Shown: positions 36,638-46,578 of the stretch, one piece after another
Layout of the letters: each line of letters begins with the position of its first letter
How positions within the stretch are numbered: the first letter of the stretch is position 1
Assembly (NCBI GenBank): GCA_022510665.1
Contig: JAFLSZ010000002.1
Coordinates: 5,676-69,675 of the forward strand
DNA: 64,000 nt
From: Lachnospiraceae bacterium
GTDB lineage: Bacteria; Bacillota; Clostridia; Lachnospirales; Lachnospiraceae
Reading direction: 5' to 3'
Notes under the pieces: generated by a model
What the model was told of the DNA's origin: nothing
The model's database searches: none
Seen by the model: the letters and a program-made list of their open reading frames with translations, nothing else
Position numbers and translations under genes: made by a program

Positions 36638-37351
36638 TTATTCCTTTGGCGGATAAGCACGGTGTCCGAAAATGCCGGTGCCGACACGGACTAGAGTAGC
36701 GCCCTCTTCCACCGCGATTTCATAGTCTCCGGTCATTCCCATCGACAGCATATCCATATATACATTATCAATGTTTTTGGAATTGATGTCAACTACTAAT
36801 TGCTTCATTTTTTGAAAATATGGACGGTTTTCTTCCGGAATTTCGGTATACGGAGCAACCGTCATCAGCCCGCGGATTTTTAAATGAGGAAATGCCGCCA
36901 GCTTCCGCACAAGTCCTTCTAATTCCTCCGGTGCGATTCCGTGTTTGGAGGCCTCCTGCGCAATATTGATTTCAAGTAAAATCTCGGAGACAACTCCGCG
37001 TTTTTCCGATTCCGCCTCAATCGCTTCCGCCAGATGTAAGGAGTCCACGGAATGAATCAATACCGTTTTTCCGACAACATATTTTAATTTATTCGTCTGC
37101 AGCGCTCCAATCATATGCCAGCGAAGCGCTTCTTTGATTTCCGCCTGCTTGTCCCTAAGCTCCTGCGGGCGGTTTTCGCCAAATTCGGTAAGTCCGTAAG
37201 ACATTGCCTCTCTGATTGCCGAAACCGGCATGGTTTTACTGACCGCAACCAACGTTACGTCTTTGGGGTCTCTCCCGGCACGTTTACAGGCGGAAAGAAT
37301 ATTTTCCCGCACCTTGGATACCGCCTCTTTCATACTGCTTATTTCCTGCAT
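36638..37351 (-). CDS. ylmE: YggS/YlmE-family PLP-binding protein
   Basis: 'LVAVSKT' PLP lysine and 'LSMGMTGDYEIAVEEGAT.VRVG'. Confidence 0.9.
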   Translation of the reverse strand: MQEISSMKEAVSKVRENILSACKRAGRDPKDVTLVAVSKTMPVSAIREAMSYGLTEFGENRPQELRDKQAEIKEALRWHMIGALQTNKLKYVVGKTVLIHSVDSLHLAEAIEAESEKRGVVSEILLEINIAQEASKHGIAPEELEGLVRKLAAFPHLKIRGLMTVAPYTEIPEENRPYFQKMKQLVVDINSKNIDNVYMDMLSMGMTGDYEIAVEEGATLVRVGTGIFGHRAYPPKE

Positions 37352-37355
37352 TCCG

Positions 37356-38783
37356 CTATTCTCCCTCTATAAGTATGACATCTTTTGTAACTGCCGATAC
37401 ATCAAGCACAATATGGTCGTAAAGCGCCACTCCGCCGGCAAGACCGGAGCGTACTAAGATATAATCCTCCAAATCGGTAATCCGTTCAATCCGCTTAAAC
37501 ACGGCATATCCCTGATTCATATTGTAGACGCCCTCCAAGTTTGTCAAAAACGAATACAACATCGCGCGTTCCGGCTCTGCGATAAGTCCCGCGGAATTGA
37601 TATAACTGCCGGAATCAAAATCTTCGGAGGCAATGTAATAATAGCCGTTTTCAAAAAACAGCGGTTTTATCTCCTGATAATCCGGTTTCACTTCGCCGGA
37701 TTCCGCATCAAACCGTTCTATGCTGATGCCGACACTGTCTTCGTCCCCCATGCCGCCGGCCATAACAAAGCGTTCCGGTATCTGATAGACCTCTTTTTCC
37801 GTAACGGAAGAGCCCGGTATTTTTAAGCCCTCCTCTGCGTCAAACACAAGCGTGATATCTAAAAAGCGTTCGCTTAAATATTCCGTTCCGTAGCGGTCCA
37901 TTTCCACAAGCAGATAAGCTCCGCCGTTTATCCACAGTAGTTCATAAGGCTTTTGATAGAGTACGGGGTCTCCGGAAATACGGAATATTACCGTATCCTC
38001 TCCCGTCTGTATCCGTTTCAGGGCATATTCGTCCAGCTGAATTACAAGCTGCCAGTCTTCTTCCGTTACCAGCTTATAAGCGAAACTGTCGATTGCGGAA
38101 AGGCCGGTCGGTTTGCTGCGTTCCGGAGCAGAGCGTTTTTCCGCCGCAAACTCCTCTCCGGTAATTTGTTCTTTTGTGTAACCGTCATAGACATCCGAAA
38201 AATATGTAATAGAACCGCTCTTTGGCGCGTAAACCGTCAGAAAACCCGAAAACGAATTAGGAGACTGCGCTATCAGTGCGTCCAGCATGGAAACATCCCT
38301 GTAACGCATGTAATCGGAAAGAAAATCCTCTTTGAGATTATAGCTTTCGGAAAATGCCGCGTCGGAATAATTCGCGGCAAAGTCGCGCACTTCTTTTTTT
38401 AAACGGAGGATATCGTTTACCGCCAGCGCGGAAGTTTCTTCGTTTGCCGTCAACAGACTCTGAAAATCGGAGGAATCGTTCAGGGAATATACTTTTGTGC
38501 CTTTTGCCACCCGTGCGCCTTCGCGGTAATAATAGTTTAAATACCCTGCCTGTTCGGTACGGTATACGGTTTCCGCACGCAGTATCATAGCCACGGTCTT
38601 TGACTCGCTGCCCACGCTGCCCGCCTGCACTTCATATACGGAAAGATGAGGCGTGGTAAAATAACGGTAAATATTTATTACAAGGATTACTAATATGGCA
38701 AACGCAACGACAAGACCGATATTTACTTCCCGTCTGGTGCGGAATTTTACGATATTATTATCTTTTGCCACGGCGGCATCCAC
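37356..38783 (-). CDS. Membrane-anchored protein of unknown function (possibly HlyD-like barrel-sandwich fold)
   Basis: Single N-terminal TM 'IGLVVAFAILVILVINIY', then a soluble domain of about 430 aa. Embedded in the division cluster. The family call is tentative. Confidence 0.45.
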   Translation of the reverse strand: MDAAVAKDNNIVKFRTRREVNIGLVVAFAILVILVINIYRYFTTPHLSVYEVQAGSVGSESKTVAMILRAETVYRTEQAGYLNYYYREGARVAKGTKVYSLNDSSDFQSLLTANEETSALAVNDILRLKKEVRDFAANYSDAAFSESYNLKEDFLSDYMRYRDVSMLDALIAQSPNSFSGFLTVYAPKSGSITYFSDVYDGYTKEQITGEEFAAEKRSAPERSKPTGLSAIDSFAYKLVTEEDWQLVIQLDEYALKRIQTGEDTVIFRISGDPVLYQKPYELLWINGGAYLLVEMDRYGTEYLSERFLDITLVFDAEEGLKIPGSSVTEKEVYQIPERFVMAGGMGDEDSVGISIERFDAESGEVKPDYQEIKPLFFENGYYYIASEDFDSGSYINSAGLIAEPERAMLYSFLTNLEGVYNMNQGYAVFKRIERITDLEDYILVRSGLAGGVALYDHIVLDVSAVTKDVILIEGE

Positions 38784-38814
38784 CTCCTTTCCCTGTTTTT
38801 GTTGCTTCCCCTTT

Positions 38815-39813
38815 TTATTTTTCCGGCAGACTGACGGACTTCATCAGTTCCACCATTTTTCCGTAGAGAGCTTCATATGTCGGCGCGTGAAACACCTCCG
38901 CAATGTAGGAAGAACCGTTCTGAGCCCTGAAATAAAGAATCAGACAGCATCCGGCAGCGTTCGTCGTGCCGGTTTTTCCGCCGATAATTTCAATTCCCTC
39001 CGGAACTTCAAATGTTCCGTAAAAAAAGAGGTTTGTGCTTTCAAATATCTTGCTTTTCGCATTTCCTTTGGCGTCCGTATACTCTACGGTACAGGAAGAC
39101 TGCGAAATCGTCGAGACAAATTTATTATAGTGAATCAATTCATTCAGAATCAAATACATATCATATGCCGTTGTATAATGATTTATATCATGCAGCCCGT
39201 GCGGATTCGTAAAATGAGTGTCAACCGCACCAAGCCGCTTTGCTTCCTGATTCATTAATTCGGCAAACGCTTCCACCGAACCGGAAACATGCTCAGCAAT
39301 CGCGATTCCGGCGTCATTTCCGCTGCAAATCAGCATCGCGGAAAGCAAATCCCCTAAAGAAAGAGTATCGCCTTCCTCAAATCCGCAGAGTACCGCTCCG
39401 TACACACCGATATGAGAAGCGTTGTAACTGAAAGTAACGCTTTCGCTCAAATTGCAATACTTTAAGGCAAGAAGCGCCGTCATAAGTTTTGTGGTGCTTG
39501 CCGGATAAATCTTTTCTAAAATACGGGATTCTTCTAATACTTTATTTTCGGATATACAGTATAATCCGTACGCATACTCCTGAGAAGGCTCATCTTCCGT
39601 TTCTAAGGAAGGAATAGAAACTTCGGCGGCGCGTCCGAGCAAAAAATCCGCGTTTCTGTCATTTCCCACATCATAATATTCAAAGGATTTCGAGCCGGTA
39701 TAAACCAAAGGAAGAGAATCTAAATCGGCGCTCCTGCCGCAGCCGGCGGAAAAAAGGGCGCAAAAAAGCGCTGCCGTTCCCAAGATTCTTTTGTTTCGTT
39801 TCATAGCACTCAC
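38815..39813 (-). CDS. D-alanyl-D-alanine carboxypeptidase lipoprotein (PBP5/DacB family)
   Basis: Lipobox 'LFSAGC', SxxK 'ASTTK', SxN 'SGND' and KTG 'KTGTT'. Confidence 0.85.
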   Translation of the reverse strand: MSAMKRNKRILGTAALFCALFSAGCGRSADLDSLPLVYTGSKSFEYYDVGNDRNADFLLGRAAEVSIPSLETEDEPSQEYAYGLYCISENKVLEESRILEKIYPASTTKLMTALLALKYCNLSESVTFSYNASHIGVYGAVLCGFEEGDTLSLGDLLSAMLICSGNDAGIAIAEHVSGSVEAFAELMNQEAKRLGAVDTHFTNPHGLHDINHYTTAYDMYLILNELIHYNKFVSTISQSSCTVEYTDAKGNAKSKIFESTNLFFYGTFEVPEGIEIIGGKTGTTNAAGCCLILYFRAQNGSSYIAEVFHAPTYEALYGKMVELMKSVSLPEK

Positions 39814-39830
39814 TTCCTTTGTTTACATAA

Positions 39831-40229
39831 TTAATTTTTGTAAAGTTCTCTCCAGTCAAGATCCCCGCGTTCCAGTCCCTTGACAAGCAATTCCGCGGTG
39901 GCAAGGTTTGTCGCCAGCGGAATATTATGCGTATCGCACAGGATTACCACGTTATTTACGTCCGGTTCATGCGATTTCGGAGTAAGCGGGTCCCGCAGAA
40001 AAATTACCATATCCATTTCATTATTTTCAATCTGTGCACCCATCTGCTGTTCTCCTCCGAGATGTCCGGCAAGATACTTATGAACGGAAAGGTTTGTCGC
40101 TTCTTCAATAAGCCGCCCGGTGGTTCCGGTAGCGTATAACGTATGGTGACAGAGGATTCCCTTATATGCGATACAGAAATTCTGCATCAGTTTCTTTTTG
40201 GCATCATGTGCAATTAACCCAATATTCAT
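39831..40229 (-). CDS. mgsA: Methylglyoxal synthase
   Basis: '[10 protein letters not shown]...GTTG...GGEQQ'. ATGA overlap with the rodA stop. Confidence 0.92.
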   Translation of the reverse strand: MNIGLIAHDAKKKLMQNFCIAYKGILCHHTLYATGTTGRLIEEATNLSVHKYLAGHLGGEQQMGAQIENNEMDMVIFLRDPLTPKSHEPDVNNVVILCDTHNIPLATNLATAELLVKGLERGDLDWRELYKN

Positions 40230-41413
40230 AGTACCCCTTTCTTCGGTGTAACAGCAAATTCAAGATCAATCTGCTCCCGTGTTTTCTTTTTTGTAATACC
40301 GATGTTTAAGACAATTCCGACGCCAATCATATTACACATAAGGGAACTTAGACCGTAGCTGACAAACGGAAGCGGTATTCCCGTATTTGGCAGAAGCATC
40401 GTAACAACCCCGATATTGACAAATGCCTGAAAGATATATGTCGTCCCGATTCCGAGTGCAATCAGCCTTCCCAGATAGTCGGGCGCCTTTTTTGCCGTTA
40501 TAAAACACTGAAACGACAGTGCCAGAATGAGAAGGATAATAAGGCAGGCGCCTAAAAAACCAAAGGCTTCCGCCATTCCCGAAAAAATAAAATCACTTTC
40601 CACCACGGGAATATTCTTTGCGCCGAGTGTACCTTCGCCGGAAAACAATTTGCCTGTAAGTCCGCCCGAAGAAATTGCCGTCACGGAGTTCTCCTGCTGG
40701 TAAATCTCATCCATGTAGGCATCGGGATGCAGGATTGATAAAATTCGAAGCTGCTGTGTTTCCGAAAGCAATGTTTGGAAATCCTGCTGTACATACCAAA
40801 ACAACCCCGCCGCGACCGGTATGGCCAGAGCCGCAATCGGAAGAAGCAGTTTATAGGTAATTCCCGATGCAAAAATAACGACAACGAGGCTTACACAGAT
40901 TACAATAGTAGTAGAGAGATCCGGCTGTAAAAACACCAGACCGACCGGAATCGCAAGCATACAAACCGCCATAAGCAACACATACCCCTGCTTGATTTTA
41001 TCCATAAACCGGTCAAGCAGCGCTGCAAGGCACAGAACAAGAACAATTTTCGTAAGTTCCGATGCCTGAAATACAATCTTTGCATTTTCTCCGTTTGGGA
41101 TACCAAGCCAGCGGATTGCACCGCCTTGTTTAACCTGCAGGGGAGTCGCATACTTTACCGCAGCCAACAACGCGAAATTCACCAGATACATAGGTATCGA
41201 AAATTTACAGATAAAGTGATAGTCAAACATGGATATAAACATTGCCCCCAGGATTCCGACAATCAGACCTTTTATCTGTCTCGGAACCATGTCAATATCT
41301 TCTCCCTGTACTTTTCCCAACACATAAATACCGGCGGTGCAAAGAATGATAATAATCAGTAAAATCGACCAGCGGTATTTCTTCAAATCGTACCGTTCCC
41401 ATAGTTTAAACAT
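40226..41413 (-). CDS. rodA: FtsW/RodA/SpoVE-family peptidoglycan glycosyltransferase (RodA)
   Basis: Polytopic SEDS protein. Start set at the ATG '[10 protein letters not shown]' (41413), because the longer ORF would overlap minE. Confidence 0.88.
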   Translation of the reverse strand: MFKLWERYDLKKYRWSILLIIIILCTAGIYVLGKVQGEDIDMVPRQIKGLIVGILGAMFISMFDYHFICKFSIPMYLVNFALLAAVKYATPLQVKQGGAIRWLGIPNGENAKIVFQASELTKIVLVLCLAALLDRFMDKIKQGYVLLMAVCMLAIPVGLVFLQPDLSTTIVICVSLVVVIFASGITYKLLLPIAALAIPVAAGLFWYVQQDFQTLLSETQQLRILSILHPDAYMDEIYQQENSVTAISSGGLTGKLFSGEGTLGAKNIPVVESDFIFSGMAEAFGFLGACLIILLILALSFQCFITAKKAPDYLGRLIALGIGTTYIFQAFVNIGVVTMLLPNTGIPLPFVSYGLSSLMCNMIGVGIVLNIGITKKKTREQIDLEFAVTPKKGVL

Positions 41414-41423
41414 GAAATACCCT

Positions 41424-41699
41424 CTAATTCTTTGTACGCATATCCTTAATCGGAATATTGGCAAAGATAGCAGGAACCGTGCCGTTGTCCGAATCCGACT
41501 GTGTCTGTTTAATCTGGATATCCAATCCCTGCATATCAATTTCGATGTATTTTGAAATAACAGCAATAATATCGTTTTTCATCTGTTCCATAATCTCCGG
41601 AGAGCAGCCGGCACGATCCGACACCAAAACCAATTTTAAACGATCCTTCGCAACGGAACCCGACGTCTTATTTTTACCGAAAAAATCCAAAAAACTCAT
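41424..41699 (-). CDS. minE: Cell division topological specificity factor MinE
   Basis: 'FFGKNKTSGSVAKDRLKLVLVSDR'. Confidence 0.92.
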   Translation of the reverse strand: MSFLDFFGKNKTSGSVAKDRLKLVLVSDRAGCSPEIMEQMKNDIIAVISKYIEIDMQGLDIQIKQTQSDSDNGTVPAIFANIPIKDMRTKN

Positions 41700-41711
41700 G
41701 TTTTCCCTCCT

Positions 41712-42494
41712 TTAATTCTTCTTGAAAAGACGACTGAATATTCCTCCCTTGCCGGTTAAATCAAGGAATGGTACTTCTTCACCGTCTACACGTCTGCATA
41801 TGTTCATGTATGCCTTTCCGGCAAGCGTATTGTTTCCTACAAGCGGGGTTCCCTGGTTTGTGGAAATAACGATATTTTCATCGTCCGGAACCACACCGAT
41901 TAACGGAATCGCAAGAATCTCAACCACGTCTTCGCTTGACATCATATCGCCGCGCTTTACCATATCCATGCGCAGACGGTTGACAATCAGGTGGGTCCGC
42001 CGGATTTCATTCGCCTCTAAAAGACCGATAATACGGTCCGCGTCGCGTACTGCGGAAACCTCAGGCGTTGTTACGACAAGCGCACGGTCCGCGCCGGCAA
42101 TCGCGTTGTGAAATCCCTGCTCGATACCCGCCGGACAGTCTATAATGACATAGTCAAACTCCTCTTTTAACTGATCGGTCAGCTTCTTCATCTGCTCCGG
42201 CGTAATCGCCGTCTTGTCCCGCGTCTGCGCGGAAGGCAGAAGGTAAAAATTGTTATATCCCTTTACTTTGATAAAAGCCTGATTGATTTTACAGGTTCCT
42301 TCGATTACGTCAACCAGATTATAAACAATCCGGTTTTCCAATCCCATAACTACATCCAGATTTCTAAGTCCGATATCGGTATCAATCAGTACCACTTTCT
42401 TTTCCAATTTTGCCAGTCCGGTGCCGACATTTGCCGTTGTCGTGGTTTTGCCGACGCCGCCTTTTCCTGATGTTACTACGATTACTTCGCCCAT
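41712..42494 (-). CDS. minD: Septum site-determining ATPase MinD
   Basis: Deviant Walker A 'SGKGGVGKTT'. Confidence 0.95.
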   Translation of the reverse strand: MGEVIVVTSGKGGVGKTTTTANVGTGLAKLEKKVVLIDTDIGLRNLDVVMGLENRIVYNLVDVIEGTCKINQAFIKVKGYNNFYLLPSAQTRDKTAITPEQMKKLTDQLKEEFDYVIIDCPAGIEQGFHNAIAGADRALVVTTPEVSAVRDADRIIGLLEANEIRRTHLIVNRLRMDMVKRGDMMSSEDVVEILAIPLIGVVPDDENIVISTNQGTPLVGNNTLAGKAYMNICRRVDGEEVPFLDLTGKGGIFSRLFKKN

Positions 42495-42514
42495 TCGTTC
42501 ATATCCTCCGATTT

Positions 42515-43201
42515 TTATAATTTTATATCATTTAAGACCGTTCTGGAAACCGGTTCAATAAATATATTTTCCCCCGACCGAAACGCGATTTTCGGCTCTT
42601 TTGTTTTCTCCTTTGAGCGCTTCCAGGGCATTTTTCCTTCCCGGTCCGGCGCTCTCGCGATAGTGTCCGCGATACGAATCTGCACCGGGTCCAGTTCAAG
42701 TGCCACAATAAATGCGTCCTGATTTCCGCCGGCCCCTGCATATACATTGCCAAGCAAAGCTCCCAAAACGATAATATTGCCTTTTGAAGTCACGGTCGCT
42801 CCCTGATTCACGTCACCGATAATGATAATGCTCGTTTCCGTTTCCAGAACCTGTCCGGAACGCAGGTTTCCTTTATAAAACTGCCCGGTTGCCCCCTCTA
42901 ACACCTGAAGCCGGTCTTCCAAAGAACGCCGGTGCAGTTCTTCCGTTTCCGTATTGTGTTCAATCACGCAGACGATGTGAACCTCGGAATTTTCGGCAAT
43001 AATGTCCAAAAGCTGCCGTTGCTGCTCGTCACTAAGCGGTCTCCCGTCAAAAGAGATTGCCATTTTGGCATCTCCGAAAAATTTTGAGGACTCTCTGAAC
43101 TTTTCCCCCAGTTCTTTACAGATTACCGTAAAGTCTGCCTGCTCATCGATAAAAACGGAAAAGCCGTAAGTAGTTCCTTTAATTACTACTGCATTGCTCA
43201 T
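42515..43201 (-). CDS. minC: Septum site-determining protein MinC
   Basis: C-terminal beta-helix 'GDVNQGATVTSKGNIIVLGALLGNVYAG'. Confidence 0.9.
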   Translation of the reverse strand: MSNAVVIKGTTYGFSVFIDEQADFTVICKELGEKFRESSKFFGDAKMAISFDGRPLSDEQQRQLLDIIAENSEVHIVCVIEHNTETEELHRRSLEDRLQVLEGATGQFYKGNLRSGQVLETETSIIIIGDVNQGATVTSKGNIIVLGALLGNVYAGAGGNQDAFIVALELDPVQIRIADTIARAPDREGKMPWKRSKEKTKEPKIAFRSGENIFIEPVSRTVLNDIKL

Positions 43202-43216
43202 ACTTTTCTCCTCCGA

Positions 43217-46045
43217 TTATTCCTCTGTAATCTTATCATAATTTCTGGTATAGGTATCCGGATGATAATAATAATCATAGACAACATACCCAAAATCCAC
43301 TGCATTCGTGGAAGTATACCCATTCGGAATGACAACCGTTACCGCTATCTCCGGAGTTTCATACGGAGCATAGGAAACAAGCAGTACATGGCTTGGCTTG
43401 GTGTCGGATACCTCTGCCGTACCGGACTTTCCGGCAGCGTCAAACCCGAGCGCATTATACTGACGTCCCGTGGAATCGCTGCTGTTTAATACCAGATACA
43501 TTCCTCTTTGTACCTGCTCCCATTCGGCATTGGAAAACTCCGTAATCTGATTCAATACCGTCGCACGGTGATCCTCCACCAACTGGTCGGAACGGTTCGT
43601 AATGAGGTCAATCAACGTCAGATTATAACAGGTCCCGCGGTTTGCAAGCGTCGTAACATAGCGCGAAATCTGTGACGGGGTAAAACTGTGCCCGTACCCG
43701 ATTGCGCTTCGAACGGCATCCTTTTGGGAAATCTGCGGCTCCAACTCCGCGACTTCAATACCGGATTTCTCGCCAAGACCAAACTTCTCGGCGTACTTTG
43801 TCAGCTTCGCAATACCGAGGGAGTCGCTGTACTGTCCGTTAAAATCTTCTGCCAGCCGGTAGCCCACTTCATAATAAAAATAGTTACAGGAGTGGTAAAG
43901 CGCTCTCGGTACATCAATTTTACCATGTTTGCTCGGATAATACCAGCATTTTGGTGAAGGAACAACTTTCGTAAACTCTCCCAAATCTTCGATTTGTTCA
44001 TAAAGTCCAAGTTCGTTTTCACCGTATCCCGCAAAACTGGTAATCATCTTAAAGGTAGAACCTGTTGTCGTCTTTGAGTTTGTGACGCGGCTGGAAAGCG
44101 GGTTTGACTTGTCCTCTAAAAGTTTTGAATAATATTCCCAGTCGATTTTATTCGCCAGTTTGTTATTGTCATAGCTCGGATAAGTAACCATAACAAGAAC
44201 GTCCCCGTTCGTTACATCCGTTATAATCAAAGAAGCGCTGCATGGGTCCAGAGCAAGCTGTGCCGGAGTGATTTCGATTTTCTCAATCTTCTCCCTGATA
44301 AACGTATAGGCGGACAGCGAACCGTTGCTTAACGCACGGTAATCCGACTCGTTATAGCTTAAAACGGACTGGTCAAACAGCAGAAGGCAGATTTCCTTTC
44401 CTGAAAGCTCCCTCTGGAAAATCATGTTACGAAGCAGTTTTTTCGCAAATGCCGCATCTTCGTTCAGAAGTGTTACAATCTTCCGAAGCAGAATCTCGTA
44501 AATTTCGTCGGTGACATAATAATCACCGATTCCCAGCTGTTTCAAATCCATCCAGTTTTGATTAATGGCATAGGTGAAGAACTCGCTTAAACTTACCTCT
44601 CCGTTTCTGTACCCAAGGTACACCGCGTCCGTTCTGTCAATATTCGCGGACGGAAGAATGCCGACGGAAGCTGAGATTACCTTAGAATATACATAATCCA
44701 GATACTCCGCCATTTCTTCCGAAACATTGGCGTTAGTCGTCTTACTGCCATAGGCAAGATACTCCTCAAGGCGGTTTAACACTGTCTGATACTTCAGACG
44801 GAACTTCTGGTGGATACCCAGTTCGTTCTGACTGGCGTCTTTTGGCGGCTCCTCGTCGAAAATCCGTCTGACATCCAGTACGTTGTTGGAAAACAGCGCA
44901 TCATATACCTCATAAATCGGTATCAGAATATTGTCGGAAGACTCTCCTTTTGTTCCGTAATCTAATTTATCCGTTATCTGCTTTAAAAGAATTTTTGCAA
45001 GCTCCTTTTCTACCAGATGATAATAAGCTTTCTGCAGCTCCGCGTCAATCGTCAGGTACAGATTATTCCCTGTCTGCGGCTCCGCCAAAACCTCCGTATT
45101 GACAATCCGGTAATTTTCATCCAGGGTCAGTTTTTCGATTCCTTTTTCACCGTTTAACACATCTTCATAAGATTTTTCCAACCCCGTTTTCCCGATAAAG
45201 TCGGTTGCCGTAAAAATTTCACCTTCCGCGTTGTATTCCTCCAGCTCGTCTTCGTTGATTTTGCCGGTATAACCGATAATATGCGCGAAATATTCACTGT
45301 AATTGTACACGCGTTTCGTCTGCATAACAATAGAGATACCGGGAAGTTCCGCGCTGTTTTCACGCAAAGCGGCAATCAGCGTATCGGAAACGCCGGTTGC
45401 CATTGTAATCTGCGAATATTTCGGCCAAAGAGTAAAAATTGCATAGCGGACGGACATAATCCGTAACGCGTCTTCCAAGGAATATTCGTCGGAAATTCCG
45501 TACATGGAGCCAAACTTTTTATTTCCGTAGCGAAGCAGGTCAAACAGTTCCTGGGCGCTTATTTCCCTTTCTTCCTCGGTCAGATTGTCAATCGACTGCT
45601 TTCCCAGCGCGTTTTTAATAAAGCGGAGCCTTGCGGTTCCCTCTACCGTATATTCCAAGCTGCCGGACTCGCTCTGTGCAATATAAAATTCAGGTTCCAG
45701 AGCCACGTTTTCCCGCTCTAATATATGAATCAGCTTATACAGCATGGCATTCTTTTTGTCGTTCGTATTCAGTAACGGGCTGTCCTCCAAGATTACGGAA
45801 TACGAAAGTTCGTTATAGGCAAGCACCCTGCCCTCTTTGTCATAAATCAATCCTCTGGTGCTGTTTGTTTTCCGCTCCCGGACTGATTTATATTCCTGCT
45901 CCTTCGTTGTCTGCGCTGCCTCTAAAATCTGTATCTTATACAGCTGAAAAATTAAGATGCCGGCCAATGCGACATAAAACAAAGCGATTGGAAGCAGACG
46001 GGAGGACAGAAATTCTTTAATTTTTCCGTATATAAAATAAAACAA
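43217..46045 (-). CDS. mrdA: Penicillin-binding protein 2 (class B transpeptidase), unusually long at 942 aa
   Basis: SxxK 'STFK', SxN 'SCN' and KSG 'KSGTA'. N-terminal TM. TTG start 6 nt after GGAGGA. Confidence 0.88.
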   Translation of the reverse strand: MFYFIYGKIKEFLSSRLLPIALFYVALAGILIFQLYKIQILEAAQTTKEQEYKSVRERKTNSTRGLIYDKEGRVLAYNELSYSVILEDSPLLNTNDKKNAMLYKLIHILERENVALEPEFYIAQSESGSLEYTVEGTARLRFIKNALGKQSIDNLTEEEREISAQELFDLLRYGNKKFGSMYGISDEYSLEDALRIMSVRYAIFTLWPKYSQITMATGVSDTLIAALRENSAELPGISIVMQTKRVYNYSEYFAHIIGYTGKINEDELEEYNAEGEIFTATDFIGKTGLEKSYEDVLNGEKGIEKLTLDENYRIVNTEVLAEPQTGNNLYLTIDAELQKAYYHLVEKELAKILLKQITDKLDYGTKGESSDNILIPIYEVYDALFSNNVLDVRRIFDEEPPKDASQNELGIHQKFRLKYQTVLNRLEEYLAYGSKTTNANVSEEMAEYLDYVYSKVISASVGILPSANIDRTDAVYLGYRNGEVSLSEFFTYAINQNWMDLKQLGIGDYYVTDEIYEILLRKIVTLLNEDAAFAKKLLRNMIFQRELSGKEICLLLFDQSVLSYNESDYRALSNGSLSAYTFIREKIEKIEITPAQLALDPCSASLIITDVTNGDVLVMVTYPSYDNNKLANKIDWEYYSKLLEDKSNPLSSRVTNSKTTTGSTFKMITSFAGYGENELGLYEQIEDLGEFTKVVPSPKCWYYPSKHGKIDVPRALYHSCNYFYYEVGYRLAEDFNGQYSDSLGIAKLTKYAEKFGLGEKSGIEVAELEPQISQKDAVRSAIGYGHSFTPSQISRYVTTLANRGTCYNLTLIDLITNRSDQLVEDHRATVLNQITEFSNAEWEQVQRGMYLVLNSSDSTGRQYNALGFDAAGKSGTAEVSDTKPSHVLLVSYAPYETPEIAVTVVIPNGYTSTNAVDFGYVVYDYYYHPDTYTRNYDKITEE

Positions 46046-46047
46046 AA

Positions 46048-46554
46048 CTAATCCTCCTTCTGTTCAAATCTGACAAGCAGCCTGTGCAGCCCGTGCAGCA
46101 GCGGATAAAGCACAGCCGCCGCAAGAACGGTATATACGATACGCGGCAGAATCAGATGAATAAAATAATATCCGAACTCCGTTCTGCTGCGCAGCAAAAA
46201 ACGCGTCACATAATATGCAAAAGAATACAAAAACTCTCCCGCTATCATCATAAGCATAGGTAACATATAATCCCGCTCATCGTAAATCTTTCTGGCAAAC
46301 CCTGCAGCGTAACCGATACACAAATAAAACAGGGCACACAAACCGACCAAATCCCCGAAACAGGCATCCGTCAAAAGACCTGCCGCCAGACCGGTAAGCA
46401 TTCCCGCAATACGCCCTCTGGTGTACGCAACGGCAATTACCAGAATCAAAAGCAGGTCGGGAACCACTCCCGCCAGGGAAAAAGCCGGCATTACCGTACT
46501 TTGCAGTAAAAAACAAAGCAAAAGCTGCAACAACACAATTACAATACGAATCAC
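46048..46554 (-). CDS. mreD: Rod shape-determining protein MreD
   Basis: Small polytopic protein located after mreC. Confidence 0.85.
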   Translation of the reverse strand: MIRIVIVLLQLLLCFLLQSTVMPAFSLAGVVPDLLLILVIAVAYTRGRIAGMLTGLAAGLLTDACFGDLVGLCALFYLCIGYAAGFARKIYDERDYMLPMLMMIAGEFLYSFAYYVTRFLLRSRTEFGYYFIHLILPRIVYTVLAAAVLYPLLHGLHRLLVRFEQKED

Positions 46555-46578
46555 AACCTACGTTCCTTTCCGAAAATC

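Noticed and set aside
41414-41566. N-terminal extensions of ORFs in the track, for example rodA to 41566, rng from 13095, miaA to 52078, mutS to 56810, mutL to 54074 and scpA from 1519.
   Set aside because: The extensions overlap the upstream gene, lack an RBS and have junk-like sequence. Internal ATGs with good SDs match the conserved protein N-termini.
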